Positions 63,960-64,000 of a DNA stretch of 64,000 nt are shown here, piece by piece; within the stretch, counting starts at the first letter, position 1, and every line of letters starts with the position of its first letter. The stretch is from Verrucomicrobiota bacterium (GTDB lineage Bacteria > Verrucomicrobiota > Verrucomicrobiia > Chthoniobacterales > UBA10450): NCBI GenBank assembly GCA_003219415.1, contig QHOS01000017.1, positions 42,006 through 106,005 on the forward strand. Reading direction: 5' to 3'. The position numbers and the translations under genes are program-made. The notes below the pieces were generated by a model, which made no database searches, was not told the DNA's origin, and saw only the letters and a program-made list of their open reading frames with translations.

Positions 63960-64000
63960 GGAATATTCGGACGTGCTAAGTCAGCGGGGTGACTCCAGTT

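Noticed and set aside
1-64000. CRISPR arrays, IS elements, transposases, integrases, prophage genes, toxin-antitoxin pairs and rRNA genes
   Set aside because: No regularly spaced direct repeats were seen. No translation resembles a DDE/serine/tyrosine recombinase, phage structural protein or TA family. No rRNA-like sequence was seen. The only repeats are the short palindromic elements reported above.

Overview
Bacterial chromosomal window from a Gram-negative-type genome. Gene content and repeat types resemble soil Verrucomicrobiota/Acidobacteriota-like genomes, but taxonomy cannot be proven from this window. Positions 1-31 kb are mostly housekeeping: the rpsO-pnp operon (pnp runs off the left edge), a GT2 plus ArnT-like GT-C pair, an ATP-grasp/HExxH-peptidase/GNAT trio, a secreted 3D-domain protein, a membrane pseudokinase, tRNA-Gln(UUG), sufCBD, exbB-exbD-tonB, lgt, a 1971-aa tandem-fused UvrA with four ABC ATPase modules, GTP-PEPCK, a rhomboid protease and gmhA. 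From 31.4 kb to the right edge there is one co-directional (+ strand) polysaccharide biosynthesis locus of at least 28 genes. It encodes a priming sugar transferase, a Wzc/GumC-like protein, a Wzy/O-antigen-ligase-like protein, 8 glycosyltransferases, two Gfo/Idh/MocA plus DegT pairs, an LbH acetyltransferase, a sugar 6-dehydrogenase, two deacetylase-type proteins, two methyltransferases, two AsnB paralogues, two FemAB/GNAT-fold proteins and a sulfotransferase. Main second-look items: (1) a non-canonical tRNA-Thr(UGU)-like gene that overlaps the stop codon of a FemAB-like gene in the middle of the locus, which could be a dedicated non-proteinogenic tRNA or a pseudo-tRNA/integration scar; (2) the giant UvrA-UvrA fusion, whose linker, C-terminus and inter-NBD loop are built from in-frame palindromic repeat elements; (3) degenerate catalytic motifs in three signalling/biosynthetic proteins (Ser/Thr pseudokinase, BY-kinase domain without the Walker A lysine, AsnB paralogue without the Cys nucleophile); (4) a duplicated ECF-sigma-like promoter motif in front of a small Cys-rich ORF and of the polysaccharide operon. 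No CRISPR array, transposase, integrase or rRNA was seen. All calls come from reading the translations and sequence by eye; no searches were run.
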